NCBI GenBank assembly: GCA_963924565.1
Contig: OZ004614.1
Span: forward strand, 7,998,001-8,062,000
Source: Ascidiella aspersa
Lineage: Eukaryota
Direction of reading: 5' to 3'
DNA: 64,000 nucleotides
Position 1 is the first letter of the stretch. Every line of letters begins with the position of its first letter. The notes beneath the pieces were generated by a model. It did no database searches, was not told the DNA's origin, and was given only the letters and a program-made list of their open reading frames with translations. Of this stretch, positions 38,010-51,606 are shown one piece after another. The translations under genes were made by a program, and so were the position numbers.

Positions 38010-40355
38010 GTACGTGCGCACTCGGGCGTGACTAAATTATATGACGTCAGTTTGTTTTCAAGCTGGCTGCTGTAGGATTTGGTGCTTTTATTGCTGTGTA
38101 AATTCGGAAATCTGTGGTTTGACTTACGAAAAAAATGTTTTTGGGAAAAATATGATTATCAGGTGTAGGTTTTTTTAAAGTCAGGTCTTTTATTTGATTC
38201 CTTGAAAAATTAAAAAACCTTCCAACATGGTTTCCACAAGGGTTCCACATGGTCTTCGTTATCAACTTTGCAAAAAACAGCGACTTGACAATTGTTAGCC
38301 TAATATTAACCAAAAGCAGCTATTCTTGCAATTTCATTTGTTAACCAACGTTTCGGCAACCTATTGAAACCTTCTTCAGGATGAATAGCACCGAACGCTT
38401 ATAGTACAATATGTGGAAAAATACAAGCAAAAAAAAAACCCGAGCAAAAACACTATAAGAAAACAATTAGCGATAACGTATAGCCTGTAGTCCTTCAGCA
38501 AGTGTTTGCAGCAAAAGTGTATATGTTGACATATTAGTATTGTAAGAAGAAAACAACTGTAGCCGGGCGATTTAAAAAAAATCCGCAACAAAAACGGCCA
38601 AGCTTGCATAGAACGGCGCCCTGCTTTAAACTGCCAAGTCATGTCGCGTCGTTAACGCGTCGCCGTCCCTAACAGCGAGTATCAATGTCAGCAAAACGGC
38701 AAGGTGCCCCGGAAGCCGAACGGCGTCAGCAGGGCATCGCCAACAACAGCTGTCGGCACTTATTTGCCCAGGAATCGGGTCACTTAAACGCGTCCCGACA
38801 AAAATCGCGATTGAGAAGCGCTCGACTTTCAAAGCGCCTTGCCAAGTGCCATCATCCCCACTACACTCGTTCGGGATCGTTTCTGTTTGATTTGGGCTTA
38901 GAGAGAGTAATTTGCCATCTCGGTGTCCCGGCGCCGAAATTCCACGCATTCGTGTATTGACGCAGTGAGAGAGCGCTACTCAAACACTTTCGATATATAT
39001 ACCGGAATTGGAAGCGGTTGTTCGTTTGTTCGCGCTTTTTTAGCTTCGGTTTGAGATGCGAAACGCGATATTTAAAAGGCATTTTTTTCTCGCCCGGATT
39101 CTCTAGGAATTTAAGCTTCTCGGAATCTTTGGGAATGCAAATAGCCGATTGAAGCCTAGGCAACCGGTGGGAAACAATTGAATAATATCTTTCTTTAAAA
39201 ATTGAAATAATGGCACAATTTTAAACTTATGCTAATGTTTACAGAAAAAACTTATTTTTTTATTAAAAATGTTGAACTATTCGATTTTCTAGACTTGGTA
39301 TCATTGTAGAATATACTGTGACCGAAAGGCCAGTGCTCCTATTTTAATATGTTTGCTCAGATGTCAATCAAACTTAATGCTCCCATAAAACACATATTTT
39401 TTCTAAAACGAAAGTCTTCGCTGCAGCGCAACTGAAGTAACGATTTGCATTTGTTTTTCACAATGCTTTGTTTGGACCTTCAACTCCAAAATATGCATAA
39501 AAACAATACACCACTGACTTAAGTTGTCGAACCGTATAAAATTGCCTTATAGTTGTCGAATGTATAATATAGCCTGGAAATATCAGTGAGACAAAAACAC
39601 GACGTAAAACATATTAGCACAACTGTTGGCGTAAAAGTTCAACTTTTTACGGAATATTTTCGACCCCCTAAAATAGGTTGGTCCACTATCGACAGCGTCT
39701 GCGACCAGATTTTTTTGCGAATTGTTCACGGCCACACACAGTGTACTACAGGAATACTAAAATGTTAGAAATTAATAATATTAAACGATTAGAACGCAAC
39801 AGGAACATCAAAGCCCATGTGAAAGTAGGTAATCGGTGGAATACTACTTATTTTTATATGCAGGCTTTTTTATTCCTATTATACGTCTAACGAAACCCTA
39901 CAACCAATATTCTGCACTATTTTAATGCGTTTGATTGTTTACCTATCCTTGATTAATCTTGCTAATAGTATGTAAATAAAAAAATGGTTTAAATGAACTT
40001 TAAAATTTTGTTTTGAATTAAACATTGTTTAGCTGGCAATACACGCGGATGAGCGATTTAGGCGTTATTAGAATATATTTCCTAAGCTGACGAGTGGAGA
40101 AAATAAACTTAAAATGAACGCAAATTAAAACTAAATAAATTTATATAAATTTTCTGATAAATTTAAGATTTTTTTGAAAACCAACTTTTTGTACATTGTC
40201 AATACACCTATCGTTTTTTTTCTTTTTTGGCCCGTACTGGAATTAATGTCAAAAATATAACGCAAACTTGTTTAGGAACATCTAATTTTCTTTTATTTTG
40301 CCCTGCAACCTCTTCAACGGGTTTAACACGGGAACTCCCCCGATTTGATTCGCAG

Positions 40356-40566
40356 ACCTTTACCATTTACATGCGACCAGTCGACAACAAGCCGCCAAGA
40401 ATTGTAAACACCGGATTTACTGTCGACGAGCGTGGAACCGCTATTGTGACCCCGGCCGAACTGGACGCCACTGACCAGGACACCGACGACAACGTCATCA
40501 CTTTTGTTCTGACGTCATTGCCCGAGCATGGACACCTTCAAATCGAGGATTCCATCGTTGGCCTAG
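40356..40566 (+). CDS. FREM2: FREM2-like coding exon 9
   Basis: attcgcAG|ACC...CTA G|GTGTGT; TFTIYMRPVDNKPPRIVNTGFTV...PEHGHLQIEDSIVGL; phase 0/1. Confidence 0.9.
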
Positions 40567-42190
40567 GTGTGTTGACCTTTTATATTCGAAAATATTGAAA
40601 TCATATTTTTGCAAAACAGGGGACTCATAAAATGTGTAACTTTGATTACGTTGGAAAAGACTAAAGAATATTTTCTTCTGTTTGAAGTCATTGCCTTCAT
40701 TTACTTGTAAGGACTAGGATATATGTAGTTTTGAAAACATTTATAATTTGCCATTTTAGGCAAAAGTGAGATTTCAATTAATTTAAAATTTGGATTAAGT
40801 GATTGAGTAAATACTAGAGTAATAAATTAATTTAATTAGTAATTAGTTTCACGTTTTGGTTCGGTTGCCGTTAAGTGAGGTTTTAGTTCGGCGGATAAAA
40901 ACCTAAAATGTTTATGATTCATTAAACTGTTCTAAATTCCACCCTTTTCTTTGATATTTAGTGTTACCTTTACGAACTATGCAAGAGTATGGGTAGATTA
41001 ACTGGTAGTCGCCATGCTTATAGTGACATATGCGGTGATTTGATTTATGTTTAAATTCTGATCAATTCCTTCCTACATATTGTACGTCCGCATAAGCAGC
41101 ATGTGGAGACAATTTGCCCTGGCCTTTCGCAAATAACTTCTAGGTGTGCTTGTTAAACACAAGGCAATGTTCCGTTTCGGCAGAGGTGATTTGCCAGCGT
41201 TAAGAGATTTCTAGTTTACAATTTAGATTTTAACGCAAAATTAATGCATTTTGTAAATGATAAAATTATTCTAACGAAAAATCTCTGTGTAAAATAAAGG
41301 TGTGAAGGCTTTCAAAGCACCCCGGCCTGCTTTTCAGGTTTTAGCATTTTGCTGCATATTTATTGTTTCAACGTATATTTGTTAACACGTTTAAGGCGTC
41401 TTTCTAAGTTTAGCAAGGTGGTTGGCCGGTGAGCCTTTTGCTCTTGGCGCTTTTCGGCCAGACAAAGTGGCAGGTCGGCGAGCGAGATCCTAATCTTATA
41501 TACACGAAATGCCATCGCCGCAAACAACATGTGAAAAGCTAACCGATTGTAAAACCGCCGTTGCGAAAAAAGGCATTACACAAGTACAGCAGCATAGAGC
41601 GCTTTGCAGATGATGTAAGGCGTCGACTATCACCTTATGCCACAATGATCGCATTTTTCACGATCGCGATACAAATCCACTGATGTTATCGCTTTCGAGA
41701 GCTTGCAAATGGAAAGAGCATTAGCTTAGTTGGTTTTTGAGACTGGCATTTGCTTATTGCCTGGTCCAGTGCTAGATACAATCCCTTTTAATGTCAACTT
41801 TGTAGTATGAAATACAGTCATATTTGGCATTTTCGGTGTGGATACTATGTAGAAGCTTAGAATCATTTTCTTCAAAATTCTTACAAATAGATAAGAATTA
41901 AAGGTATTTTTTTGTTGTCCCATTCCCTGAACTGTAACTTTCATATTGGTTTCCAAAACAGCTGCCACATTTTTATCGCACTGATCTTTTATCGCACATA
42001 ATGTTTGAAAAATATACAGAAGTGGGGCGCTTTTAAGAGACCATAGTTTGCATAAACAGCCAAAGTCCGTTTAAGCTTTAAAAACAACATGTTGTTTTTT
42101 ATCATATTAAAAAAAAACGAATCAACAGTTCGTGTAAATTTCGCACCAAAATATATCTCGCATGTAAAACATGGGTCAGCCACCTTAGAC

Positions 42191-42760
42191 CAGTGTTGTA
42201 AACAAGTAATTTTTAATGACTTTCCCAGTCAGTGTTGTAAACAAGTAATTTTTAATGACTTCCCAGTTTAATGAAGTCCCAGTCAAGTCATTCGTAAAAC
42301 AACTTAAGTTCAAAGTCTTTTTTTTAAATAGCAAGTCAGGTCCCAGTTAAAGTCATCAGTTTGTCAAGTCAAGTCCCAGTCAAGTCATTATTAGAGCAAG
42401 TCATCCCCAGGTCATGCCAATAATATAATAATAAAACTATAAACCATTAAAATAGGTAAACTCGTCCGATTATTATAAGAAAAATTTAACTAAAAAAATA
42501 ACAAAACAAGATGTATAGCAATCTAATCGTTTTATGTGCAAAACTTGCGATAAATGGCTCAATTTTATAACAAAATGGTAAATGCCTTAATTTTAATCCA
42601 AGTAACTTTACTCAATGACTTGATGGCAAGTCAAGTCACTTGTCTAAAAGACTGAAGTCAAGTTAAGTCATTTTACCAAAACGACTCGAGTCAAGCCAAA
42701 TCATTTGAAAACAGTGACTTAAGAGCACTCAAGTGAAGTCATTAAGTCATAACAACACTG
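42191..42760. mobile_element. hAT-type MITE, AAGTC-rich family, with duplicated left end
   Basis: Ends cagtgttgtaa / ataacaacactg; first ~39 bp tandemly duplicated; reverse-complement homology to 8484-8904. Confidence 0.8.
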
Positions 42761-42816
42761 TCTTGTTGTTGTTTTGGCCACACGATTTCCATCGTAACCT
42801 AAATGTTTCATCGCAG

Positions 42817-43061
42817 GCGGTGCCTTTACACGTCCGGACATTCACGGCTACCGGGTGATATTCCAGCAAGACGGGAGTGAAGTGACCGAGGATAGCTTCG
42901 GCTTGGACGTATCAGACGGAATGCACACAATCCCTATTGTGGTGCGCGTCACCGTTAAGCCAGTCGATGACGAGCAACCCCTGCTAGCGTTGCCGGTCGA
43001 CGGGACCCTCGACTTTAAGATCGAAGTGCAGGAGAGAGGCAGGGTGACCATCACGTCGGAC
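42817..43061 (+). CDS. FREM2: FREM2-like coding exon 10
   Basis: ttcatcgcAG|GC GGT...GAC|GTGAGT; (G)GAFTRPDIHGYRVIFQQDGSEVTEDSFGLDVSDG...; phase 1/0. Confidence 0.92.
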
Positions 43062-43684
43062 GTGAGTCGCTGTTTATGTTTTGCGTTGTTTGATCAGTGG
43101 TTTATAAGCTGTTTGAACTTGAATATGCAGTTGCTGCCGGGCTCTGTTTTAATTGTAAAATTGTTCTTCCGGCAAAATTTTAATAAAGTATACCAACGGT
43201 TTGACCAGCTATTCGGGAAGTCTTCTTCAGTCTTCTTCTGCCCTAAAGGAGATTTGCCCTGTGAACGATTGCCCGAAAAGGTGGTCCAAACATTGGTGAT
43301 TTAATAAAATTCTGTTTGACTTTGCAGCTCACTTTTTAGATTTTTTTACCTTGCGGCCCGGTTTTTTTTAGCTAGCAGCACGGTTTTGCTGGAAATATTT
43401 TTTAGGGCAGGTTTTTTTGCACATGCACCAGCAAACTGAACAAATGTAATCCAATCGTATACCGAGCCGGTTCTAACAATACGGCGAAACGATGATTCAT
43501 ACGTATAGTTACAGAAAATACATAAGCCCATATGTACAAAAAAAAATGAAAAAAGTTGGAAAAAATGCATAACTACAATGAAAAAGAGACTCAACAATTC
43601 CACTAGATGCCAAAAAATTCCATATCGAAGCAAAAACTTGAAAAAAAAAACGCAATATTACGACACACAAAAACCCCTTTCCAG

Positions 43685-44342
43685 GTCCTGTCTGCCACCG
43701 ACTCGGACACAAACGACCTGATGCTGACCTACCTGATCACGCGACCAGCAGGCAAGGGCGTGGTGCTGGTGGCAGGCGAGGAGGAGAGCAGCTTTACGCA
43801 AAAGAACATTCGAGACGGCGAAGTGGAGTACGGGCATGTAGCGGGCGAAATCGGGCTCGAACCGGACTCTGACGATTTCCAGCTCACTCTTTCGGACATG
43901 TCTGACGAATGGAGCGTAGGTGGAAACCGCGTGGAGCGAGTTAACGTCATGGTGAAGATAATCCCAGTGGACAGCGAACCGCCAGTGGTCAGCGTCGGCG
44001 AGGACTTTCAAGTCACCGAGGGTGGACGCAAAATGATTGAGCCGTTACACTTGAGTGCGCGAGATGACGACACCAAACAGAGCGACATCCTTTGTGTAGT
44101 CACAACGCAAGCCAACGAGGGCTTTCTCGAGAACGCGTCACCCGCACCCGGATCTGAAAAGTCGCGCTCCGGCACGCCGATCAGCTCCTTTACGATCGGT
44201 GACGTCATTGCTGGTGACGTGTTCTACGTGCAGAGCGTCCACGACGGAAGCGAGCCGACCGAAGACCGGTTCGCCTTTATGTGCCAGGATGGAACGCCCA
44301 ACATGTCCGATCAGATGTTCTTCAGTGTCGCCATTATGCCAG
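43685..44342 (+). CDS. FREM2: FREM2-like coding exon 11
   Basis: cccctttccAG|GTC...CCA G|GTGGGT; VLSATDSDTNDLMLTY...PAPGSEKSRSG...FSVAIMP; 658 nt, phase 0/1. Confidence 0.93.
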
Positions 44343-44890
44343 GTGGGTACAGTCTTGAAAAACTATTTTTTTTTAAATAGATTTGAAATGGTTTTAGCGG
44401 ATCGTGAAAACTGTAAATTTAATTGAAATCCTACTTATAGTGCATATTTTTTAAATTTTTTTTTAACAATTGTTTTCTAAATTAAAAATTAAAACTTTAC
44501 CGTTTTCCGAACTTAGACTAACTTTTTATAGTTTTTTTATTATTTATCGCCTATTTAGGGTAAAATTTATTCGATACGCGAAAATTGGAAACCCAATTCA
44601 AATTCCAAACTTTAGAAAATCAAGTAAATTCAAGCTAGATAAACCACATTTTCCTCTAAAAATAAACCAACTAGAAGAATTCGTACAATGAGGTTGGCGC
44701 GTTTGACGATTTACAATTCGCTGAATGACTTAATCCGGTTAAGATGAAAAGACTGACACCGTCGTTGGACAAAATAGCTTATTTGGTCGATTGAAAATTC
44801 AATTTTAGTTGAATTGGTCCACACAAGCTATTCATTGACTAGAATCGAATTGAAATGATAGGCGAATCGCTCTATTTCGTCGAATTAGAC

Positions 44891-45185
44891 TCGTGCTTCC
44901 CAACCGGGGTGCCTTTTCTTAAGCCTAAAGTTGCCGCGATACATTTTAATTCCTTTTGGATTACAATTTTTGTTCTACTGGCAAACTTATTGATACAACT
45001 TTTGTATACGATTGGAATGCAACACATTTTACAATATTTTATCACATTGTGCACAGTTCATGTGTGTTGTTTCAAGTTGATAGTGACATTAGACCAAATC
45101 ACTTGGTCAAAATGCTAGTAATGGTGCCGCAAACTTTTTATATTTTCTGTACGATGCCGCAAGCTAATAAGGTTGGGAACCACTG
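44891..45185. mobile_element. hAT MITE
   Basis: Ends tcgtgcttcccaacc / ggttgggaaccactg; TSD aattagac / aattagaa. Confidence 0.75.
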
Positions 45186-45894
45186 AATTAGAAAATTACA
45201 TTTTCTAAACGACGAGGTTATTTTAAAAGCGATTTTTTCTTTGGAGTTTTGAGTCTGTAATGCCCCACTCGTGCGTGTTTTCGATGCCAGTATTATGCAA
45301 TGGACGTTGTTGCCAAAAACTGTACCAAAACGTATTAAAACATTATTCTTTTACACTTATTGTTTCACATAAGATTAGTCAAGCAATTTCGTATAAAACG
45401 GCCCTGATTTAGTGAAAGAAGAGAAACACCAATCCATAGAACTCTGTTATGTTGTGTAAAACTGTAAACGTTTCGATCGCAAAACTTTCTAGGAATGGTG
45501 TTGCTCATTTACTCGTCAAGTGGTATATCGGGTGTTTTAACGGGCAACAATTAAGTTGTGGCTTACACCGTACGGGCCGCAGAATGTGATATACATCAGG
45601 CCGTTATTATTATCGCCGATACCTGTACTCCAAAAATCTCGTGCGCGGCCGCAACGTTTTTCGGTGAGGTCATACTTCGGCATTTTAATTTGCAATTTAG
45701 GAGAAGGGTTTTTCTTATGCGCCTAAGATAAGACTGAACAGCAACCGAGCGGATCTTGTTAATGTTAGGATAAAATCGTATCCGACTTGCTTACAAGTTG
45801 CAAGAGTTAACCTCGACTAAGTCGGTTTCGCGCTTTTCTCAACGGCACTTAATTCGTGATCCTGTCGCCAAATCCACCCACAAGGCCAAACGTG

Positions 45895-46072
45895 CCCACC
45901 CCTTAATCTCCACCCTTTAAAATGAGCAGATTTGAAAATAGCGCAAAAAACAACGAAATTTAAGTCCAGCAACGTACGGTCCCACCCCCTAATCTCTGCC
46001 TTTTGAAAGAGAGCACACTTATAAATAGCGCAAAAAATAACGAAATTTGGTACAAGTCCAGCTACGTACGGT
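45895..46072 (+). repeat. Tandem duplication (~86-92 bp x2)
   Basis: cccacccc.taatctc...aatagcgcaaaaaa.aacgaaattt...aagtccagc.acgtacggt twice. Confidence 0.85.
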
Positions 46073-46315
46073 CGTGCTTGTGGCTATAGGCACGAGATAG
46101 CCATCGCTTCAGTGCACTTATAGACAGGAACCTGATGTAATGGGGCCGACGGGGCTAGGGCGATTTATTCCGGTTGCTGCCCCGAAGCCCGCATTCTGGA
46201 CACGTAAATACGGCTAATCGCCTTGGACGGAAACCAAAAAACGCAGTTTAGAAACAATGTTTCGCCGCAGCGCGTCGGAATTTTACCTAGGGTATAGCTT
46301 ATTCCGAAAGGTTTA

Positions 46316-46416
46316 TAAGGTAACCCTGCTGCACGTTGAGTGTATGAACTAGTTTGAACATAACTCATAAGGTGGTAACCCTGCTGTTGCACATTGAGTG
46401 TATAAACTAGTTGAAA
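46316..46416 (+). repeat. Tandem duplication (~45-55 bp x2)
   Basis: ggtaaccctgctg...c.ttgagtgtat.aactagtt twice. Confidence 0.8.
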
Positions 46417-47748
46417 TATACTATTTTTAGCGCGGTAAATTGACTTGTTATTTAAATCAGTGGCAGGAATCCGCCTTCTGCGGCAAAACAAGCAAGTTCG
46501 CATTGAAAAAGGTTGTTATAAATTTGGTTTAATGAACATTTCTTATTTTTAAAGCTGTTCTGAGACAAAATTTCAGTTTTAAACCGTTCCGTATTGCTAT
46601 AAAGGTTGCTGACCCCTGGTTTGAATAAAGACAGCTCAGTCCAAGCTGTAAAACCAAGTATTTCAGGGTTAAAATTATTCGGTATTTAAAGCGTGTAGGT
46701 TTCGAAGTGGGTTTTGTTTTTACCAGACCCGACAAATTTGCATTTTTTTTTAGTTTTTACCTCTTTTTTAATTCGCAATCCTGCTTAAAATCTGTGCGTG
46801 TATTTCGAGGCGGGCTAACCGCGTATTTTCCGGGGATAAACGTAACACCGAAAGCCTAAACTGGTTTTATGTGTCTCCGCCGCGTTCTAAAGCTGTCTGG
46901 TGCATACGTACCACAAACGGGAATTTATTTCAAATCACTTATATTTAAAACTTCACTTGTCTGAATAAAAGCAGGATGATGAAAATTTGGAATTACCGTC
47001 TGAACTATTTGAAGAAAACAGAGGCTGTTTCTGACTGCTTATTCATTTTAATCTTAAATTTGAAAAAATGTACACTGCTCCTTGTACATGGAGAGTAAAA
47101 ACAATTTTTTTTACCTTTGGATAACTTTTTAATTGTGTACCAAAACATATTAATATTTGCGTATATCATGAACCATTGGCTACTTTTCACTATACAAACA
47201 TGTTCTTTGATAAAGAACGTTTATAAAAAGAATTTTGATAATTAAGGGGACCAAGCGAATTGTAAAACCGTGCCCAAGAGTTGCTCCACAATAAAAATGC
47301 TGTTGCAGTAGGGGAGGAAAAGCTAGACGTGCCATCTTTCCACGATAAACAACAACACACATACTTATCCATCCGAAACCAAACAGCAGTCCTAACTGAC
47401 TTGATTGGTAGCACGGCGACGTGCCTCATAGCGTCCCAGGCGAAAGTGTTTACAAACGCCAAAAACTGAGCGAGACCTCGCCCCTTTGAACGCCGTTTCG
47501 ACAAGGGAAATTGTCCCCCTCTTAACATAAGCACATGGTGGCTTGGCCGGTGAGAATTCGCCAAGCTTGCGCGTCGTGTGCTTTGCGTGCGAGATATTTA
47601 GCGTGGCTGTCAACTCCGTGACGCCGCATCTGTAGAGGAGTGCTCCCGCGGTCTCTATCATATAGCTCTATACAGGGACGGGCTACATCGTACGCAAACA
47701 TGAAAGTACTTGCTTTTCCTTTTTTCAAGGACCTCGGCCGGTCTCTGC

Positions 47749-48135
47749 CAGAGTTGGATCAATTGTAATTTGTAATAGTAATTGATGTAATTAATTAAAT
47801 TTTTTAATGTAATTGTAATTGTAATGTAATTAAGGGATTTTTGTTCTGTGTAATTGTAATTGCAGTTTGCTAAAATTTTGGCTCAATACATTGCTTAATG
47901 AGAAAATTGAGGTTCCAATAATGTTCCACGTTGTTTATTTTGTTTGGGGAGCGAGACATAAACTGTTTACCACATTTCAGCAGCAATAGAAAACTTTGTA
48001 AATTGAAATTTTGCAATTGTAATTGATGTTACAGTTTTTAATGTTACTATAATTGTAATGTAATTGAAACACTCAAGGGAGTAACTGTAATTGTAATTGC
48101 AATTGAACTGAATTGATGTAATTGACCCAACTCTG
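47749..48135. mobile_element. hAT-type MITE, GTAATT-rich family
   Basis: TIRs cagagttggatcaatt / aattgacccaactctg; TSD gtctctgc / gtatctac (6/8); many tgtaat repeats near both ends. Confidence 0.8.
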
Positions 48136-48459
48136 GTATCTACATATAGCCATATACAGAGACGGGCCCCTCCGTAAGCAAACATGGAAGCACCTGCTTT
48201 CGATTTTATTAACGAGCCCGGCTTGCCCGTAATACATCAAACCACCATATTCAATTTTTCCTTACTTTGATGTCGGTTGGTCGGTCCTGCAGTTAGTCAC
48301 TTAACCGCGGAATTTAATAAGCTTTTCACTGATGCTTGGGCCGATGGGCTGATGACATTAGCGTCGATTTATCGGTCGTTTAATATACTAGTCATCGTTA
48401 TTCTAAAGGCACCGCTTTGAATCTATCATCCCTTTGCTGTATTGAATGGTGCGTCTACT

Positions 48460-48751
48460 TAGCGGTTTCCAAACTTTTATAAAATTTTGCCTGGCGGACC
48501 CTTTGCAATTATTTTGATATTTCGCGGCCCTATAAAAATTCAAGGGTCAGTTGATTTCTTGTAGTACACTAGTGTAGTCACGCTATATTATCGAATAATA
48601 AAGCATAACCAAAGACTAAAAATGTTTTAAAAATAGTCTAATTCTAATGTTTAAAAACATTCGCTAATGACTAATGTTTAAAAAATTAAAGTCTAATTCT
48701 CCTTGCGGGCCCTCTGAAACTGTTGTACGGACACCAGTTTGGGAACCGCTG
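48460..48751. mobile_element. hAT MITE
   Basis: Ends tagcggtttccaaact / agtttgggaaccgctg; similar flanks gtctact / gtctaact. Confidence 0.7.
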
Positions 48752-51285
48752 GTCTAACTGCTGCGTTTTTGGCCACGCCTATGAGTCCCGGTCAAATCTT
48801 TCTATTGGCAGAGGTTTCAGCCATTCCACTATATGTTGGTATAGTTTTGCGTGTCTGTTTTGCAACGCAGTCAACACCCATGTTTAGGGTCTATGCTAGT
48901 TGCAAATTTTGGAAACAAACCTGTAAACGGCGTATACATCTAGCAGACGAATGCACGGATTTCACAGGTGTTAAAATGGCACTATAACAGTCTGGCGATA
49001 CAAAATAGTCACTTTTGGTACTTCATTTGACTTACATTAAAAAGAGACAGTTTGCCCCCTTGTCCAGTAAAAATCGACGTTTGTCTGGTAACAATGGGGA
49101 AATTTGCCTAAAACACAGGGGTTTGTATACCGCGGTCCCCGGCCCCAATATTTTGGCCCTGGGAACACTTTGCCCTGAAATGCCGTCGCCTTGGGGGATG
49201 TTTGGTTTTGCTGGTCGAGTCCCGCCTGTTATAAGCGTGATGCGTGACGCTTGGGTAAACGGTGTCGCTTAAAGTACGCTGTATACCCCGCGTATGTTTA
49301 AATGCACCATACAGATCTAGCGTGGCGTAAAAATTGCGTTCCTGGACATGTTGAAAATGTAACAGTTCAAGGCCGATATCCTATGCTCGTAATATTGGCT
49401 TTTTGTATCATGCTAATTGGCGTTTAAATACTAATTTAGTGTTTTCCAGCTGGAAAGGTATTTTATTTAAAAAAATCCTGGTACCAAGCAATCAAGGGGT
49501 AACTCAATACATGCTTTGACTGAATTACATATTGAATATGGGCTTTGCTGGTTTCAGTTCAAATTATCTTATTTACTACGCTTGCAATGACCAGAAGGTT
49601 TTTGCATTGGGCTGCTTCGGGCTCAAAATATCGCGTAAAAGTATCGGAAAAAAGGTTAGGTCAATAGGTATTAAAATTTTGAACGATTGCTACTAAAAAT
49701 TTCAAGTGGCATATAGCTCGCCAATACAAGTTGTAAACTGTCCATCTTGACCTTTTAGCGAATTTCTTCTCTTGCGACATTTTAACAAACCGAGTCAGAA
49801 TGTGATTAATTGTATTTTTCTAAATTGGGCCGGGTTGTAGAAAAGTTTGACCTTTTTTCGACAGTGATTGATGTGCGCTCTCCTATCAGGGAAATTCTAT
49901 ATTCTCGAAACGATAATCTCCCAGTTGTTTAGGGACTGTTCATAAATGGGACTAATCTTGATTCAGTTAAGTGTGCATATATTACGTAGGTGTCTCTGTA
50001 GGTCTTATATTTAAGCGTCTGTGTGGTAAAGCAATGGGGAGTTACTTGCTGTCAATACACGTCAGCTGGTTATCCCAACTGATTTAGCACTTTGATCCAA
50101 GTTTAACGATATAGCTATTACGTCATTAAATGGCTTCATATATTTCAAAGCTATAATCTTAGGTGTGTCCTGCGTTTATAAAATTTCCAAAACCATCATA
50201 GGTTTTGTGGTTAACGTAGCCTACTAGGAATTAAAGAAAATTTGTATAAAAAAACAAATAAATAGGCGTAATATCTTTTATAATAAAAATTAAAAACATT
50301 TGCTCGAACATTAGCATATACACGAAATCCGAATCCAAACGCTAAATCCATACAATGTGCAAACAGTTTGATTGATACTCCCCCTGAATCACAAACTCGA
50401 TCATATGCCAAGGGCTGCAGCAGTTAAGCCGAACCCTTATCAAGCAACGTGTTACGAGAACTAAATAACCAATAGGACATACTATTCACCTGCGCACAAA
50501 ACCGCCTTAGGTAACAACAGCTGGGCTAACACCAACTATACAAATAAGTACATCTAAGCCCGATATACATGGCCGTCGTGTATTGCACGGCGTTCGAACT
50601 ATGATGACTTAATCGTCCGATTTGCAACATTACGCAATGGTGGCCTAGGAGTTGATTGCCGTTTTCCAAATCTCGGCGATAAGCCATTAAGCCTGCTGAC
50701 AATCGTAGACGCGCGGGTTTGAAGGCCGGTCGTGGTTTTGAGGATTAGCGCTTTCCTGATCCGTCAAGGCACACGGAATTCCATGTCCGCCTTTGCAACT
50801 TTTCGGGAGCGGCTCCCGCATTCGCTTGTTTTAGATAACGGACGTGTTGGATTCTGTATACTTGTATACAGACTTCAACGCCGCAATCTGATTAAAATTC
50901 TATAAGATAAAACGGAGTTTAGATTTGAAAAGAAAGTCCATCGCCTTTGTTTTTTCCTCAAAAAATACTGGTGGTCTCTATTTAGAATATTTGTTACAAA
51001 GCAAATTTCAAATTCGTTTGTTTTATGTTAAAAGTATAGATGCTAAGCTGGTTTTATAACAAAACTTTACGTGAAAGGTGATTTTAGCAGATATTTAGCT
51101 GTTACAGAAATTTCAACCGTTCAATTCCGAATACTAAATCTTAATAATACACATGTGCTTTTTTGTAGTTAAGTCATGTCGGCCAACGACAAATTATATT
51201 AACTATAATTAATTGCTCACTTGGTGCCGTATCAAATTCGGTCACCCTAACACAGTCAACGACAAACGATAAAATAAATTTCCAC

Positions 51286-51328
51286 GTTGAGATTCGAACT
51301 CACGACCTCAGACACGCCGCTACCGTTG
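51286..51328 (-). pseudogene. tRNA-derived fragment / SINE head
   Basis: Minus strand reads caacggtagcggcgtgtctgaggtcgtgagttcgaatctcaac (T-arm/B-box GTTCGAATC); anticodon arm missing. Confidence 0.5.
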
Positions 51329-51439
51329 CTCAACAAACCGCGATTTGGTTGCGGTTTCCAAAGCGACTCACTACAATCCATAAAGCGCCAAATGTTCCGT
51401 GCGATCCAAATTCCGTAATTTACCGCTTTCCTCTTGCAG

Positions 51440-51606
51440 AAAATGATGAGAAGCCGCAGCTCTTCCACACGGAGTTTGTGGTGGATGAAGGAGGAGCCTT
51501 GGTGGTCGATCTTCCCAAGCTCTTCGCGGAGGACGCCGACGTCCCTGAGGACAGACTAGTTTTCACAATCGTCACGCCGCCGCAGAACGGCCAATTCCTC
51601 AGAAAC
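51440..51606 (+). CDS. FREM2: FREM2-like coding exon 12
   Basis: ctttcctcttgcAG|AA AAT...AAC|GTAAGC; (E)NDEKPQLFHTEFVVDEGG...PPQNGQFLRN; phase 1/0. Confidence 0.92.

Noticed and set aside
39018-39040. miR-375-like ttgttcgtttgttcgcg
   Set aside because: Partial similarity only; no convincing complementary arm.
43658-44208. Minus-strand ORFs overlapping exon 11 (likewise over exons 1, 2, 8, 10, 12, 13, 14)
   Set aside because: Antisense shadows of GC3-rich coding exons.
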